The notes under the pieces were generated by a model, which ran no database searches, had not been told where the DNA came from, and saw only the letters and a program-made list of their open reading frames with translations. Of a stretch of DNA of 64,000 bases, positions 15,752-25,411 are shown one piece after another. The DNA is taken from the IMG/VR virus record IMGVR_UViG_3300027790_000002; one strand, 5' to 3'. Position numbers and translations under genes: made by a program. The stretch's first letter is position 1. Each line of letters opens with the position of its first letter. Source of the stretch: a virus.

Positions 15752-15825
15752 GCGCGGGTGTCCGAGTGGCAAGGAGCCGGATTGCAACCCCGGTTAGAGC
15801 GGTTCGATTCCGCTCCCGCGCTCCA
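15752..15825 (+). tRNA. tRNA-Cys(GCA)
   Basis: acceptor GCGCGGG/CCCGCGC, loop TTGCAAC, T AGCGG-TTCGATT-CCGCT, U73-CCA as in Cys. Confidence 0.7.
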
Positions 15826-15881
15826 AACATCTTTCCTCAGCCGCCGAACACCTGAATAAAAGCGGGCGCAAGGAGTCCGCC

Positions 15882-16061
15882 ATGCCCGCAGTCGATTACA
15901 TCGCAAACCAGCACGAGCCGCGCTACGCTCAGGCCATCCGCCATGCTTATGGGACATGGGGCAAGGTCATATCGGTGAACGCCAAAGGCAAGAACCTGTT
16001 AAAATTCGGGCGCACCATTGTGGCGGCGTGTTTGGCTGGACCAACGGGGCGTTGGCGCTGA
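15882..16061 (+). CDS. hypothetical small protein (59 aa)
   Basis: ATG behind AGGAGTCCGCC; below ORF-track cutoff. Confidence 0.3.
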   Translation: MPAVDYIANQHEPRYAQAIRHAYGTWGKVISVNAKGKNLLKFGRTIVAACLAGPTGRWR

Positions 16062-16065
16062 CGAT

Positions 16066-16515
16066 GCAATGACGCAGAAACCCTTGCTGGCGGCCTATCT
16101 CGCCGCCGCCGATTTTGAGCATGCTTTCAGGGCGTTGCTGCTGCAGCACGCACAGCACCTTTTCCCGAATATCAGCATCGTTATAACGCTGACGGTTTAC
16201 GCGATGGCCAACGGCGTAAAGACGCCGGCGGACCTCAAACGCTGGCGCGCCTGCACCGGCGCCAACGCCAATTATTCCTGTATGCAGTCCGTCAAAGCCG
16301 GCTTTATCACGATGTGCGACAACCCGGATGATGCCCGCTCAAAGCGGCTGATTTTGACCGAACAGGGGCATCTGCTGGCTGACCATTTGCGGGGCGTAAC
16401 GGACAAGCAATTCACGATGCTGGAAAAATTCACGCCGGCGATGGCGCATTTGCCTGACATCACCAAGCTGCTGCGGGAAATGGTCGATTACAAAATGCCG
16501 ATGGAATGGCGCTAG
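16066..16515 (+). CDS. putative MarR-like winged-helix regulator
   Basis: internal ATG of ORF 16018..16515; SKRLILTEQGHLLADHLRGVTDKQF resembles MarR wHTH. Confidence 0.4.
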   Translation, partial: AMTQKPLLAAYLAAADFEHAFRALLLQHAQHLFPNISIVITLTVYAMANGVKTPADLKRWRACTGANANYSCMQSVKAGFITMCDNPDDARSKRLILTEQGHLLADHLRGVTDKQFTMLEKFTPAMAHLPDITKLLREMVDYKMPMEWR

Positions 16516-17897
16516 TTAAACACGACGTCGCTGAACGGCAACGCGATTTTCTGCAGCTGGGCCGCCTTCCATTCCATGCTGACTCCACCGCCATATTGCG
16601 GCCGTTTGACCGCGTGGCCCATGAACTCCGCCCGTAATTCTGCGTCCAATCCTGCCTCCTTCATGCGGTCTTCAAAGGAATGGCGCAGCGAATAGACCAC
16701 ATGGGCGCCGGACGGCATGAGGCCGCGGTCACGCATTTCTGACAGCAGCAGGTCGGACAGTTCCTTTTCGTTTTCCCGCCAGGCGGGAAACCCTTGCGGG
16801 TTCCGGCGCATCGCCGCCAGCGATACGCCGACCAGCGGGACGCGGCGCGCCGAGCTCCGCGTCTTGATTTCCCGGCCTTCGCGCGGGCGAATGTCCAGAT
16901 AAGGGGCCCAACCGTCCGGTTTTTCGCCGCCGGCGTCCAGTTTTATGGCCTCACTGTTCAGATTGGCGACTTCGCCGGGCCGCGCGCCGGTTTCAATCAG
17001 AATTAACAGGATGTCGCGGGCCTGTGCGTCCATGCCGGCAAGCGCCCCGGGCGCAAGGATCCTGTCGCGAATCCATGCGGTCGGAAAGGGCGGGCGGCGC
17101 TGCTGCTGGCCGCCCTTGAATTTCAGCCCGTCAAACGGGTTGCCGCCGTCATAATCCGGCGCGGTCCATGCCATATATTCGCGGAACAGCTGGCGCATGT
17201 TGCCGAGATCCCGCGCCGCAGTCGCCGGTGTGATTTGCCCGGCGTCGATACGCGCTTGCAGCCAGCGGTGGAACTGGCGGCCGTCGGTGCGTGTGACCGC
17301 GCCCAGGCCTTTGTCCTCGCCTATCGCTTTCAGGAAATTGTTAACCGCCCGCGTCTTCACCTGCCGCCATTTGCGGTATTGTTTCGGGCTTTTTGAGCGG
17401 CGTTGCCCCGCCTCGATTTCTTCCAGATACAGCCGAAACGCCGACCGCACGCTATCGGAAAGCGCCGGCGCGCCGCCCAAGAGCGCCTCCACCATATCCG
17501 CTGGCGGCAGCCCGTCACGGGGGCTGGTGGCGTGGGCGCGCAGGGCGTCCAGCCGCGCCAGCAGCCCCTCGAGCGGGCCGGCGGCGATGTCTTCGGCGTC
17601 CTGATACTCAAACCCCAGCGCCAGCGCCCGCTGCGCCGCCGCCTCGCGCGAGGCCCGGGCGATTGCCGCAGGGCCTGCGTCCAGACCGGCCCAGTAGGCG
17701 TCGTCGGCGGCTTCCAGTTCGTCGCGCATGGTGCGGGCGCGCGTAACGTCGGCGGTGCCAAGCCCGCAGCGAATGAGCGGCGCGCGTTCGTCCAGCAGCG
17801 CCAGGCGCGCCGGCACGCGACGCCTGTAGAACCAGCGGCCTTTTCGGCGCTGCAAATATCGGTTGGGGTCCGTCATCACCGCCGGCGGCTTCGCCAT
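16512..17897 (-). CDS. int: tyrosine recombinase / phage integrase
   Basis: C-terminal VYSLRHSFEDRM...MGHAVK...Y matches R-HxxR-Y catalytic box; convergent with MarR-like gene. Confidence 0.85.
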   Translation of the reverse strand: MAKPPAVMTDPNRYLQRRKGRWFYRRRVPARLALLDERAPLIRCGLGTADVTRARTMRDELEAADDAYWAGLDAGPAAIARASREAAAQRALALGFEYQDAEDIAAGPLEGLLARLDALRAHATSPRDGLPPADMVEALLGGAPALSDSVRSAFRLYLEEIEAGQRRSKSPKQYRKWRQVKTRAVNNFLKAIGEDKGLGAVTRTDGRQFHRWLQARIDAGQITPATAARDLGNMRQLFREYMAWTAPDYDGGNPFDGLKFKGGQQQRRPPFPTAWIRDRILAPGALAGMDAQARDILLILIETGARPGEVANLNSEAIKLDAGGEKPDGWAPYLDIRPREGREIKTRSSARRVPLVGVSLAAMRRNPQGFPAWRENEKELSDLLLSEMRDRGLMPSGAHVVYSLRHSFEDRMKEAGLDAELRAEFMGHAVKRPQYGGGVSMEWKAAQLQKIALPFSDVVFN

Positions 17898-17970
17898 TCA
17901 TGAACCACCGCGAAGCCCGCAAAGACGCCGACCACGGCAATGAAAGCCAAGAGGATGCCTTCAACCGGAC

Positions 17971-18387
17971 TCATGCGGGCTCCACCGGCGTGATTTCCCG
18001 CAACAGGCGGCGCAACAGGGCGCCAGCGCCGCGGTCGTCTGGGTCTGACATTTCAAGCCGCCGGATTATTTCGATGGCCACCGATGTGGGCAGCACGGTG
18101 AGGTCCGCTTCGGCGCAGACGCTGTAAGGCGACGGCACGGCGCTGCGGGCGTTCATGCGCCTTTCTTCCTTGGTCTGCGCGCGCACCGCCACATCGATAG
18201 GCGCGGCGCACGCAATGAAATGGCCCAGCCCGTCCCGGGCTTTCCGGTGGCAGTGTTCGTCAAAATCGGATTGCGCCGCGTGCATCGCGCTGAATTGCTC
18301 AACATGCCGGCAGCGCCCCGACCGGACCACCTGCGCCAGCTGCTTGTCCGTCATCTGAAAGGCGTCGTTAACCGTGTAATTTTCCAT
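17971..18387 (-). CDS. hypothetical protein (~138 aa)
   Basis: C-terminal in-frame part of ORF 17971..18873 starting MENYTVNDAFQM; TAATG overlap with upstream ATPase gene; rest of that 300-aa ORF is low-complexity. Confidence 0.4.
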   Translation of the reverse strand: MENYTVNDAFQMTDKQLAQVVRSGRCRHVEQFSAMHAAQSDFDEHCHRKARDGLGHFIACAAPIDVAVRAQTKEERRMNARSAVPSPYSVCAEADLTVLPTSVAIEIIRRLEMSDPDDRGAGALLRRLLREITPVEPA

Positions 18388-20171
18388 TAAAACTGCTCCG
18401 CCAGCACTTCGGCCAGATAATAGAGGTCGCCGGTTTTCTCGATAAGGCCGTTGGCTTTCAGCCGCGACAGATACTGGCCGAAGGTGCCGCCGGTCGGTTC
18501 GAGCTCCACCGCCTTGGCGATGTCCTGCCGCGACAGCGACCCGGCCGGGTTGGCGAGAAACACGTCCAGCATGCGCGAGGGGCCCGCGCCCAGCGCCTGT
18601 TTCCATTTTTGAATGGGGTCGTCGGTGGCGATGGTCCCGGCTGGCAGGGCCGCCAGTCCAAGCGCGCTGGCGCGCCACAAATTGCCGTCCTGTTCCACAT
18701 AGCCGGCGGTTTTCAGGCGCGATTTGTATTGCCCCCATGTGCCGCCACTGCGTTTCAGGCCGGCAAGCGTCGCCCATTGCGCATCGGTGAACGCCGCCGG
18801 GTGGCGGTCCACCAGCACCTGCAGGGGCTTTCGTTCTGCGCCCAGCGGATTGCGCACACCGTCCGGTTGACAAACCGGGGCCTTTTTCTGATTTGGTTGC
18901 GACGCTTGGCGCGCAACCGGAGCGGGTGTTGGCGGCAAGCCTTTCGCCTCGCGCACTTCCTCCACCGCCAGCATGCGTGCCTGCAGGGCGTTTTCGTAAA
19001 TGCAGCCCAGCGTGACTTTGGCGTCCGCCAGCCCCTGCGACAGACCGTCCAGCACCTGCATGGCGCTTTTGGCGGCCTGCGCCTCGCTGTCCTGCAACTT
19101 CGCCAGCATCGCCTTTGCGCCGGCGTCATAGCCCTGTGCGTAACCCGCTGTTTTAGACGCCAGCCGCTGCGTTTCGATTTCGTCATTGGTGGCTTGCGCC
19201 ACTTCATTTTGCGCCAGCTTGCCTTCCAGTTCCCGAATGCGCGCCTGCAGCCGCTTGGGGTCGCTGGCTTCGGCTGCGGCCTCAATTTCCGGCAGGGCTT
19301 TTTGCATGGCGTCCACGAAGCCGGTGGCGTCCACCGGTTTCGCCGGCGCCGCGTCCGGGTCGCCGCGCATCACCCGGCGGTCCGGGTGCAGCGAGCGCTT
19401 GGCCTGAATTTCGACCAGCTCCGCCCTGTCCGTCTGACCCAGCCAGCAATAGGCCTGCCCGGTCGGCAGGGTGGAGAGTGTGCGCACCAAATCCTTGCCG
19501 CCAGCAACGCCGCCCACGTCCAGCCATTTGCTCAGGGCTTCCAGCGAGTTTTTGCCTTTCTGGCGGTGCAATATCAGATTGTCGCACAGTTCCAGCACGG
19601 CCTTGTTCACTTCGGCGGCGCGCTGGTTAATCAGGGTGAAGCCCAGCCGGTTATTGCCGCCCATCCGCGCCAGCTTTTCGATTTCCGCGTAGACGGCGCC
19701 GACGTCGCTGGTGACCCGCTGCGGGCAGAACTCAGCCGCTTCCTCGAGGAAGATGTGGCGCAGCCCGTGGGCCTTGTTCTCATGCAGCAGGACTTTGACG
19801 CAGTCCCGCACGATGCGTTTCCAGTCGGCTTTGGACAGGTCGATGTGGAAAAGGTCGATGACCAGCGAGACGCCTTCCGCCATGGCGGCGCGCACGATCG
19901 CCGGGGCTGTGGCCGGGGTCAGCGGCAAGTCCCCGTCGACGCCGCCGGCGACCACCACCGGGTAGCCGCGCGCGCCCCGCCCGCCGCCAGGCACACGCAG
20001 GAAGCGCCAGACCCCGACCGGGTCGAACGCGACAAACGGTATGCCGGCGTCGTAAAGCTGTTCGGCCAACAGCGTGGCGGTGTAGGTCTTGCCGCTGTCG
20101 CGAATGCCCAGCACGGCCGCGCCGCGGCTGCCATAATCAAGCGGGTCTATTTTCAGCGATCCCAGCTTCAT
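18387..20171 (-). CDS. P-loop NTPase (HerA/FtsK/DUF87-like) with two C-terminal winged-helix-like repeats
   Basis: Walker A GIRDSGKTYTA, Walker B-like IFLEEA; C-terminal tandem repeats LxGLKRSGGTWGQYKSRLKTAGYVEQDG / VELEPTGGTFGQYLSRLKANGLIEKTG; start set to MKLGSL (ATGA overlap with upstream gene). Confidence 0.55.
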   Translation of the reverse strand: MKLGSLKIDPLDYGSRGAAVLGIRDSGKTYTATLLAEQLYDAGIPFVAFDPVGVWRFLRVPGGGRGARGYPVVVAGGVDGDLPLTPATAPAIVRAAMAEGVSLVIDLFHIDLSKADWKRIVRDCVKVLLHENKAHGLRHIFLEEAAEFCPQRVTSDVGAVYAEIEKLARMGGNNRLGFTLINQRAAEVNKAVLELCDNLILHRQKGKNSLEALSKWLDVGGVAGGKDLVRTLSTLPTGQAYCWLGQTDRAELVEIQAKRSLHPDRRVMRGDPDAAPAKPVDATGFVDAMQKALPEIEAAAEASDPKRLQARIRELEGKLAQNEVAQATNDEIETQRLASKTAGYAQGYDAGAKAMLAKLQDSEAQAAKSAMQVLDGLSQGLADAKVTLGCIYENALQARMLAVEEVREAKGLPPTPAPVARQASQPNQKKAPVCQPDGVRNPLGAERKPLQVLVDRHPAAFTDAQWATLAGLKRSGGTWGQYKSRLKTAGYVEQDGNLWRASALGLAALPAGTIATDDPIQKWKQALGAGPSRMLDVFLANPAGSLSRQDIAKAVELEPTGGTFGQYLSRLKANGLIEKTGDLYYLAEVLAEQF

Positions 20172-20731
20172 AGCTTCGTTTCCTGCGTCGGCTGGGTTTC
20201 GTCGAAATGCCTTTGACAATCGGCCTGCGCCAATGCGATGTCTTCGCGTTCTTTACCGACCAACACCACATCTTTCCCCGGCGCTGTCGGCACAAATTGG
20301 CCGCGATAGCTTCGACCGCCCATTGATGAAATATCGCTGCGGGCCACAATCTCGTAGCGCCCACCCACGGGAAGATTGGCAAAAATGCCGTCCGCGTCCA
20401 TGACCCATGTCAGCTGGAAATTCGGCGGGTTCTTAATCAAGACCACGCCGGATTCAACCCGCAGCCCCAGCTTTTGCAGCAGTTGGTCGGCGTCGGAGTT
20501 GTAATCGTAAAGCGCGTCACTGGTGAAGCTGCCGTCGCCCGGCGCAGCAGGCGACCCGTCACGGTTAAGTTCGCCGGTGATTTCCAGCGCCGCCGCTTCC
20601 AAATCGTGCATGAGCCGGCAGTATTTCTCGGCAAGCGCCATGAGCCCAATCAGCTGCAGGCGTTCATTTTCCGTTATCGTTGTTCTTTTCGTCTTTTCCA
20701 TTGTCAGCCTTAATGTTTTCGGTGAGATCAT
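20168..20731 (-). CDS. hypothetical protein (187 aa)
   Basis: ORF track. Confidence 0.45.
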   Translation of the reverse strand: MISPKTLRLTMEKTKRTTITENERLQLIGLMALAEKYCRLMHDLEAAALEITGELNRDGSPAAPGDGSFTSDALYDYNSDADQLLQKLGLRVESGVVLIKNPPNFQLTWVMDADGIFANLPVGGRYEIVARSDISSMGGRSYRGQFVPTAPGKDVVLVGKEREDIALAQADCQRHFDETQPTQETKL

Positions 20732-20957
20732 GCGCCGCAGCCATTATCGCCATGATGGCGCCGCCTTCGGCGTTCGTCGCTTTGCACAGTGAAATGGCCC
20801 CCTCGACAGGGTTGGCGGTTTTAATGCGTACCATTTCGGCGCGCAGCATATCCTTGAAACCGCCGACAATGCGGTCATATTCCTTGCCCCATAACGCCCG
20901 CATGGCGTCGCGGACTTCCACCAGCCGCCGGGCGAGTTCAATGGCGCTGGCGGTCAT
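20664..20957 (-). CDS. hypothetical protein (~97 aa)
   Basis: internal ATG (MTASAIEL) with ATGA overlap to upstream gene. Confidence 0.35.
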   Translation of the reverse strand: MTASAIELARRLVEVRDAMRALWGKEYDRIVGGFKDMLRAEMVRIKTANPVEGAISLCKATNAEGGAIMAIMAAAHDLTENIKADNGKDEKNNDNGK

Positions 20958-21184
20958 GTGATGCTGACCTTGGCCGAAATAAGCGCCAGAATGAAAAACG
21001 CCCTGCCCCAGATATAGGCGCCGTTCCAACAGCAGATTGACGCCGGCGCGAACAGACCGCCGAAAATCAGCACCGCCACAAACGCCTTGGGCCAATTGTC
21101 CTGTTTCTTTTCAGCCATCGCTAAAAATCCAATCCATTCCGCCGCCACAAAATGGCGTTGCGGGTTTGAATACAGCCGCCGCAA
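20954..21184 (-). CDS. small membrane protein, two predicted TM helices
   Basis: hydrophobic stretches KAFVAVLIFGGLFAPASICCW and AYIWGRAFFILALISAKV; alternative start 21118. Confidence 0.35.
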   Translation of the reverse strand: MRRLYSNPQRHFVAAEWIGFLAMAEKKQDNWPKAFVAVLIFGGLFAPASICCWNGAYIWGRAFFILALISAKVSIT

Positions 21185-21238
21185 GATGCGCGAACTTGAC
21201 CTCGATTATGTCGCCGACAGCGGGCTGTTTTTGCGTTC

Positions 21239-21865
21239 TCATGCTTGCTGGCTTTCTGGTTTTTCCACCTCTAGGTCCAGACGCCCAGCCAGCACGGCGT
21301 CAATGACCTTGGCCATATCGCTGCCAGGCGCCGTTTCATTCGCGCGAATGTCAGTTATCAGCCAGCGACCCTCCGGCAGCGGATAGTGCATAACGTCTGG
21401 GCGCCCATATCCAAAGCTGCAGCTGACCGAGTTCTGGTTTATGTAAACCGTCGATTTCCAAGAAAAGACTGCATGCGGAAGGCCGGCGCGGTCCGCCGCA
21501 ATGGCAAGTGTTTGGCAGGGATTGTAATCGGTCGAAAGATAGCATTCCAAACTATATGTCGGTTCAAATCGCAGTTCTCGGTCGCCCCAAAATTCTGCGC
21601 GGTCTGCCTCGCTCATAGGCTCGCCTTCGTGGTCACGGCTATATTTCAAAATAGCGATTAGTTCGGTCCTGAATTTCTCCACCGCTGCCGGGAAATCCTC
21701 GACTTTTTCCAATGCGGCTTTCAGGTTCATGGCGGCCAGCCCTTCGGTCATAACACCCTGAATACTGTTGTCCCCATTGTCGTATTGCGTGCTTTGTATG
21801 GCACGCGCCCAGATTTCTGCGGCGCGTTCGATTAGGCGGTCATCAATCTGCTTTTTATCTCTCAT
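21239..21865 (-). CDS. hypothetical protein (208 aa)
   Basis: ORF track. Confidence 0.45.
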   Translation of the reverse strand: MRDKKQIDDRLIERAAEIWARAIQSTQYDNGDNSIQGVMTEGLAAMNLKAALEKVEDFPAAVEKFRTELIAILKYSRDHEGEPMSEADRAEFWGDRELRFEPTYSLECYLSTDYNPCQTLAIAADRAGLPHAVFSWKSTVYINQNSVSCSFGYGRPDVMHYPLPEGRWLITDIRANETAPGSDMAKVIDAVLAGRLDLEVEKPESQQA

Positions 21866-22377
21866 GGTCTTCCCTCATACGGTTGCGGTTCCAGTGACTT
21901 AGGCAAATAAAGCGGGTGGGCCGGGTGGCCTTTTTCCGACACGCGCAGGGCTTTAGGTTTCAGGTGGCCAATCCACCCCAGCACGGTTTTGTCTTGATCC
22001 ATAAAGGCGCCGTGGTTGCCCCATGCGCAAATGATGGCGCCTTTGACGCCGTAGGCTTCCCAGCCGTGAATGGCGTAGTCGGCGGCTTCCTCAATATAGC
22101 GGGCGTTTTCCGGGCCCACGGGATCCTGCGCGGCTTTCATGTCGGCGGGGCTGGTGGCGCGGAACGCAAAAAGATTGGTGACAATCAGCTCGCCGAAGCC
22201 CCACGCTTGCGCGTAACCGATGCACCGGCGAATGGTGGGGTCGTCTTGGCGCGCATCGGCGGTGGACGGGTTCAGCATGATGAAATTCACGCAGCCCGCC
22301 GACAGGCCCACATTGCGCTGCAGCCGGTAGCGATAGCGACCGCAGGACGATATGACGGCGTCATCGGCCAGCATCAA
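21862..22377 (-). CDS. DUF1643-family protein
   Basis: RYRYRLQR...VNFIMLNPSTAD...DDPTIRRC...NLFAFR...AWGNHG...HPLY matches the DUF1643 conserved blocks. Confidence 0.65.
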   Translation of the reverse strand: MMLADDAVISSCGRYRYRLQRNVGLSAGCVNFIMLNPSTADARQDDPTIRRCIGYAQAWGFGELIVTNLFAFRATSPADMKAAQDPVGPENARYIEEAADYAIHGWEAYGVKGAIICAWGNHGAFMDQDKTVLGWIGHLKPKALRVSEKGHPAHPLYLPKSLEPQPYEGRP

Positions 22378-22805
22378 GCCGCCGCCAGCCGGTAATTGAT
22401 TTCGTCCGTCAACCCGCGAACGTGGAACTGGTTGCGCACCACAATATTGTTTTCGGCGTCGTTAAGGGGTCTGTCCTTGGCGTCTGTTTCGGCGAAAACC
22501 CGCGAATTGATGTCGAGAAGTTCGGCGCGGCGCGCGTACAGCGCCTCCATGCTCATGCGCGCGCATTGATCGGCCCAGCCGCCGTAAACCGAATAATTGA
22601 CCGGGTGCGCCGCAGGCGCCGGCGCGGCTGGAAATCTGGCCTGCCCGTCAGAGTCGTGCCGGCGCATCCCGGCGTTCCGGTTAATCGACGCTGCAGCGCC
22701 AGTAATCGCAGCGCTGGAAGCGGCGCGCGCGGCGGTTGTCATGGCAAGGGCCGCAGCAGCCATGGGAATCACAATCATGGTTTTTTGTCCTTTGTTATGC
22801 CACAA
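22374..22805 (-). CDS. putative secreted protein (signal-peptide-like N-terminus)
   Basis: MIVIPMAAAALAMTTAARAASS hydrophobic leader. Confidence 0.4.
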   Translation of the reverse strand: MWHNKGQKTMIVIPMAAAALAMTTAARAASSAAITGAAASINRNAGMRRHDSDGQARFPAAPAPAAHPVNYSVYGGWADQCARMSMEALYARRAELLDINSRVFAETDAKDRPLNDAENNIVVRNQFHVRGLTDEINYRLAAA

Positions 22806-23128
22806 TACGGCGCTCGTTCAGCGATGGCCCGAAGCTTTGCCTCTTCGGCGGACAGCCATTCGGTAAGCCGCGACAGCTCCGCTTCAACAAAGGGCCGGGC
22901 CGCGTCCAGTGGTATGCTCATATGCGCCGCCGTTTGGTGAATCGCGCCCTGCTGAATCTTCAATTCAGCCCGGGCGTGGTCTCGATATTGGTTTTCAGCT
23001 GAAAGCGTATGCAAGGCGCCGACCAGCAGCGATTTTTGGTGGAGTTTCAACAGGTAGTCTTCGAGACGTTCCTGCAGCGCGAAAGCGTGTTTTTGTTCTT
23101 CGGTCTTGGGGGTATCGGTCACAGCCAC
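22775..23128 (-). CDS. hypothetical protein (117 aa)
   Basis: ORF track. Confidence 0.35.
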   Translation of the reverse strand: MAVTDTPKTEEQKHAFALQERLEDYLLKLHQKSLLVGALHTLSAENQYRDHARAELKIQQGAIHQTAAHMSIPLDAARPFVEAELSRLTEWLSAEEAKLRAIAERAPYCGITKDKKP

Positions 23129-23472
23129 GCCTCCGCTTCGCGGCGGTCGGCTTCGCGTTTAAGGGTGCGCGCCACCAGCGCCGAACAGGCCCCGTTCGCG
23201 ACTTGTTCGGCTTCCGGCCATTTCAGCTGGGCGTTGGCGCCGCGATGCACCCGGACCCGCCGCCCGGTGGGCAGGTGTTCGGCTTCGGTCGCTGTCACCA
23301 GCCAGTCGTCGGGTTCGGTCTTGATGCTTTCGACCATGCCCCGCACATAGGGGCTGTCGCATTTTTCCCCGGTGAGTTCCACCAAGCCGATAATGACGGC
23401 GAGGGCCACTGCGATAACAAACAGGATGCGCAGCATTACTGGCACTCCCCTTTTTCCTTGAGGTTTTCCCAA
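23119..23472 (-). CDS. membrane-anchored protein (N-terminal TM)
   Basis: MLRILFVIAVALAVIIGLV helix. Confidence 0.4.
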   Translation of the reverse strand: MGKPQGKRGVPVMLRILFVIAVALAVIIGLVELTGEKCDSPYVRGMVESIKTEPDDWLVTATEAEHLPTGRRVRVHRGANAQLKWPEAEQVANGACSALVARTLKREADRREAEAWL

Positions 23473-23795
23473 AGGGTCAGCTGCTGTTGCTTGCCGCTTT
23501 CCCGGGTGATTTCGATTAGCACTTCGTCGCCGGTGGCCGGGCGCTCGCCACGGCAGAAAGCTGTCAGCTGATAGCCGCAGCTATGCTTGCCGTCGGCGCC
23601 TAGACCGCAGCGGAAACAATAACCGTAATAGTGGCAGGCGACCGTGGTCTGGCCTTCGTTTCGCGAAATCTCCCGGCGCTCCACCACAGGGTCGCGCAGG
23701 CTCCAAAACAGGTATCCAATCGCCCAGGCTAACGCCGCGCCGGTGATAACCAGCAGCGCGATGCGGACATAACGGGCTTTACGGGCATGAGTCAT
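23436..23795 (-). CDS. membrane-anchored Cys-rich protein
   Basis: IALLVITGAALAWAIGYLFW helix then CHYYGYCFRCG..C. Confidence 0.4.
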   Translation of the reverse strand: MTHARKARYVRIALLVITGAALAWAIGYLFWSLRDPVVERREISRNEGQTTVACHYYGYCFRCGLGADGKHSCGYQLTAFCRGERPATGDEVLIEITRESGKQQQLTLWENLKEKGECQ

Positions 23796-24054
23796 GCGTT
23801 AACCCCTTGTGGCGACTTAGGCCATTCCGCTGTGGCACCGTTCGCCTTATTTGTCCATTGCGGAATTACGCGACTTTTGGCAGCTTGTTCCAAGAAACGG
23901 GTCAGGCCGCTTTCCTACCGGACGCACTAACCCTGCGTCCTGCGGTTTCTTTCCACAGCGCGTCGCACCGTCAAGTCAAGGGGTTTCCGGCGCATGACTC
24001 ACCGGTTGAAAGCATGGCGGTGTCGCCTTCAAAACGCAAAGGAGTGTCCCATTT

Positions 24055-24283
24055 CATGCTGATTTCAGGTCTCATCGCCGCCGCCGCCGTCGGCGCAAAC
24101 GCCGCTACCGGACACCCCTTGCCGGCTCTTATGCTAGCCGCCGCCATCGGCCTGGGCGTCGCTTCATGGGGTGAAGGCGTGAGGGCGGCCCCTATCGAAC
24201 AATGCCGCATGTGCGGCGATTGGCACTGGAAACAGACCGGCCCGCAATGCGGCTGCGGTCGATTTGAGGAAGACACGGAATGA
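24055..24283 (+). CDS. small membrane / Cys-cluster protein (75 aa)
   Basis: ATG behind AAAGGAG; tail of ORF 23807..24283. Confidence 0.35.
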
Positions 24284-25071
24284 TTTCACCGCACCTTTTT
24301 TTCGCCCCTTTCGCTTTCATCCTTTCGGCCTGCAGCCGCGCGCCGGCGGCCGAAGACATGCCACAGGCCGCGCAGGCGCAGCAGGAGGAAGACATGGACG
24401 CCGCCGAATATACGGACGAAGAATACGAAGCCCTGCTGGCCGGGTTTGAAAAGGACGCCAACGCGCAGGGATACATGGAACTGCTAAAGCAGGATGGGTT
24501 ATACGCCGACTTTGTCGCCGACCATCGCGCCGACGTGGAAGGCTTCGCCTATTCGTTTCAGCGGCACGGGGATTTTGTCGCCATCTTTCTCGAGCGCCGC
24601 GGCAAAAAGTTTTCCACCACGCTGAACCTTGGAAAGACGCGCGCCATAACCCTGCACGATGGCGAGCCGGCAGACATGGAGGGGAAAATCAAATTTAGCG
24701 TGGTCCAGCGGGACTTGCGCAACGATTTCTATTTTAGGGACAGCTGGAACGGCCCGGCGCCGGAACGGCTGCCGCGCCCACGGCCCAGCGTTGTCTATCA
24801 AGTTAAAATGTTCACGCCCCACCGACAGGAAGAATCGGCAAACCGCCTTATGCACATCGACTCCGGGGAGTCTGGGCTTACCTTTTACAATAATGAATAT
24901 TACCAGCGCGAGCCTTGGGAAAAGTCGGTGGTCGGCGCCGCCCGGCGACCGACCGACGACCACATTGATTTTGAGGGGGTCGGCGCAACACTCTGGACGC
25001 CGCAGGGCGTCGGGCCGAAGGTGTTGGCGGCGCTGCAGCGAGAGATTGCACAGGGCTGGGAAAAAGACTGA
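24280..25071 (+). CDS. putative lipoprotein (263 aa)
   Basis: N-terminal FAFILSAC lipobox-like signal. Confidence 0.5.
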   Translation: MISPHLFFAPFAFILSACSRAPAAEDMPQAAQAQQEEDMDAAEYTDEEYEALLAGFEKDANAQGYMELLKQDGLYADFVADHRADVEGFAYSFQRHGDFVAIFLERRGKKFSTTLNLGKTRAITLHDGEPADMEGKIKFSVVQRDLRNDFYFRDSWNGPAPERLPRPRPSVVYQVKMFTPHRQEESANRLMHIDSGESGLTFYNNEYYQREPWEKSVVGAARRPTDDHIDFEGVGATLWTPQGVGPKVLAALQREIAQGWEKD

Positions 25072-25085
25072 ACGCGAGGCAACCA

Positions 25086-25376
25086 TGACCACCAGACGGC
25101 AATTCCTCTTGGGCGCGGCGGCTGTAGCGATCGCGCCGGCCAAGATGCAGAACCCGATTCCGATTTCTGACGAGGTCCATGTCATTGGCGCCGACTGGGT
25201 CACCACCAAAAGCTTTTCAGCGTTTAGCGTGCGGGCGCGCCGGTCTGATGGCTTCTGGGTGGAAATCAGGCGGTTCGATGTCAGCGAAGTCCCGCGGCGC
25301 TTTAGCGTGCCGGCGGACCTGATCGGCGATGTGCAGACATTTCGCATGCTCCCGAACGGGCGCAAAAGCTCTTAAA
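25086..25376 (+). CDS. small Tat-signal protein (96 aa)
   Basis: MTTRRQFLLGAAAVAIAPA twin-arginine motif; is the in-frame tail of ORF 24659..25375. Confidence 0.45.
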
Positions 25377-25411
25377 AACGCCTGAACGCGTCTAATTGCT
25401 CCCGTGCGGGA

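Noticed and set aside
10853-15830. ORFs called across the tRNA arrays (e.g. 10853..11239 -, 14695..15003 -, 15194..15787 -)
   Set aside because: They overlap densely packed cloverleaf tRNA genes; no RBS, Pro/Arg-rich.
17971-18873. 300-aa minus ORF with Arg/Gly/Pro-rich N-terminus
   Set aside because: N-terminal 160 aa are low-complexity GC-frame junk overlapping the ATPase gene; only the C-terminal 138 aa (from MENYTV) were kept.
24659-25375. 238-aa plus ORF overlapping the lipoprotein gene
   Set aside because: Out-of-frame overlap with 24280..25071; only its in-frame tail from ATG 25086 (Tat-signal protein) retained.
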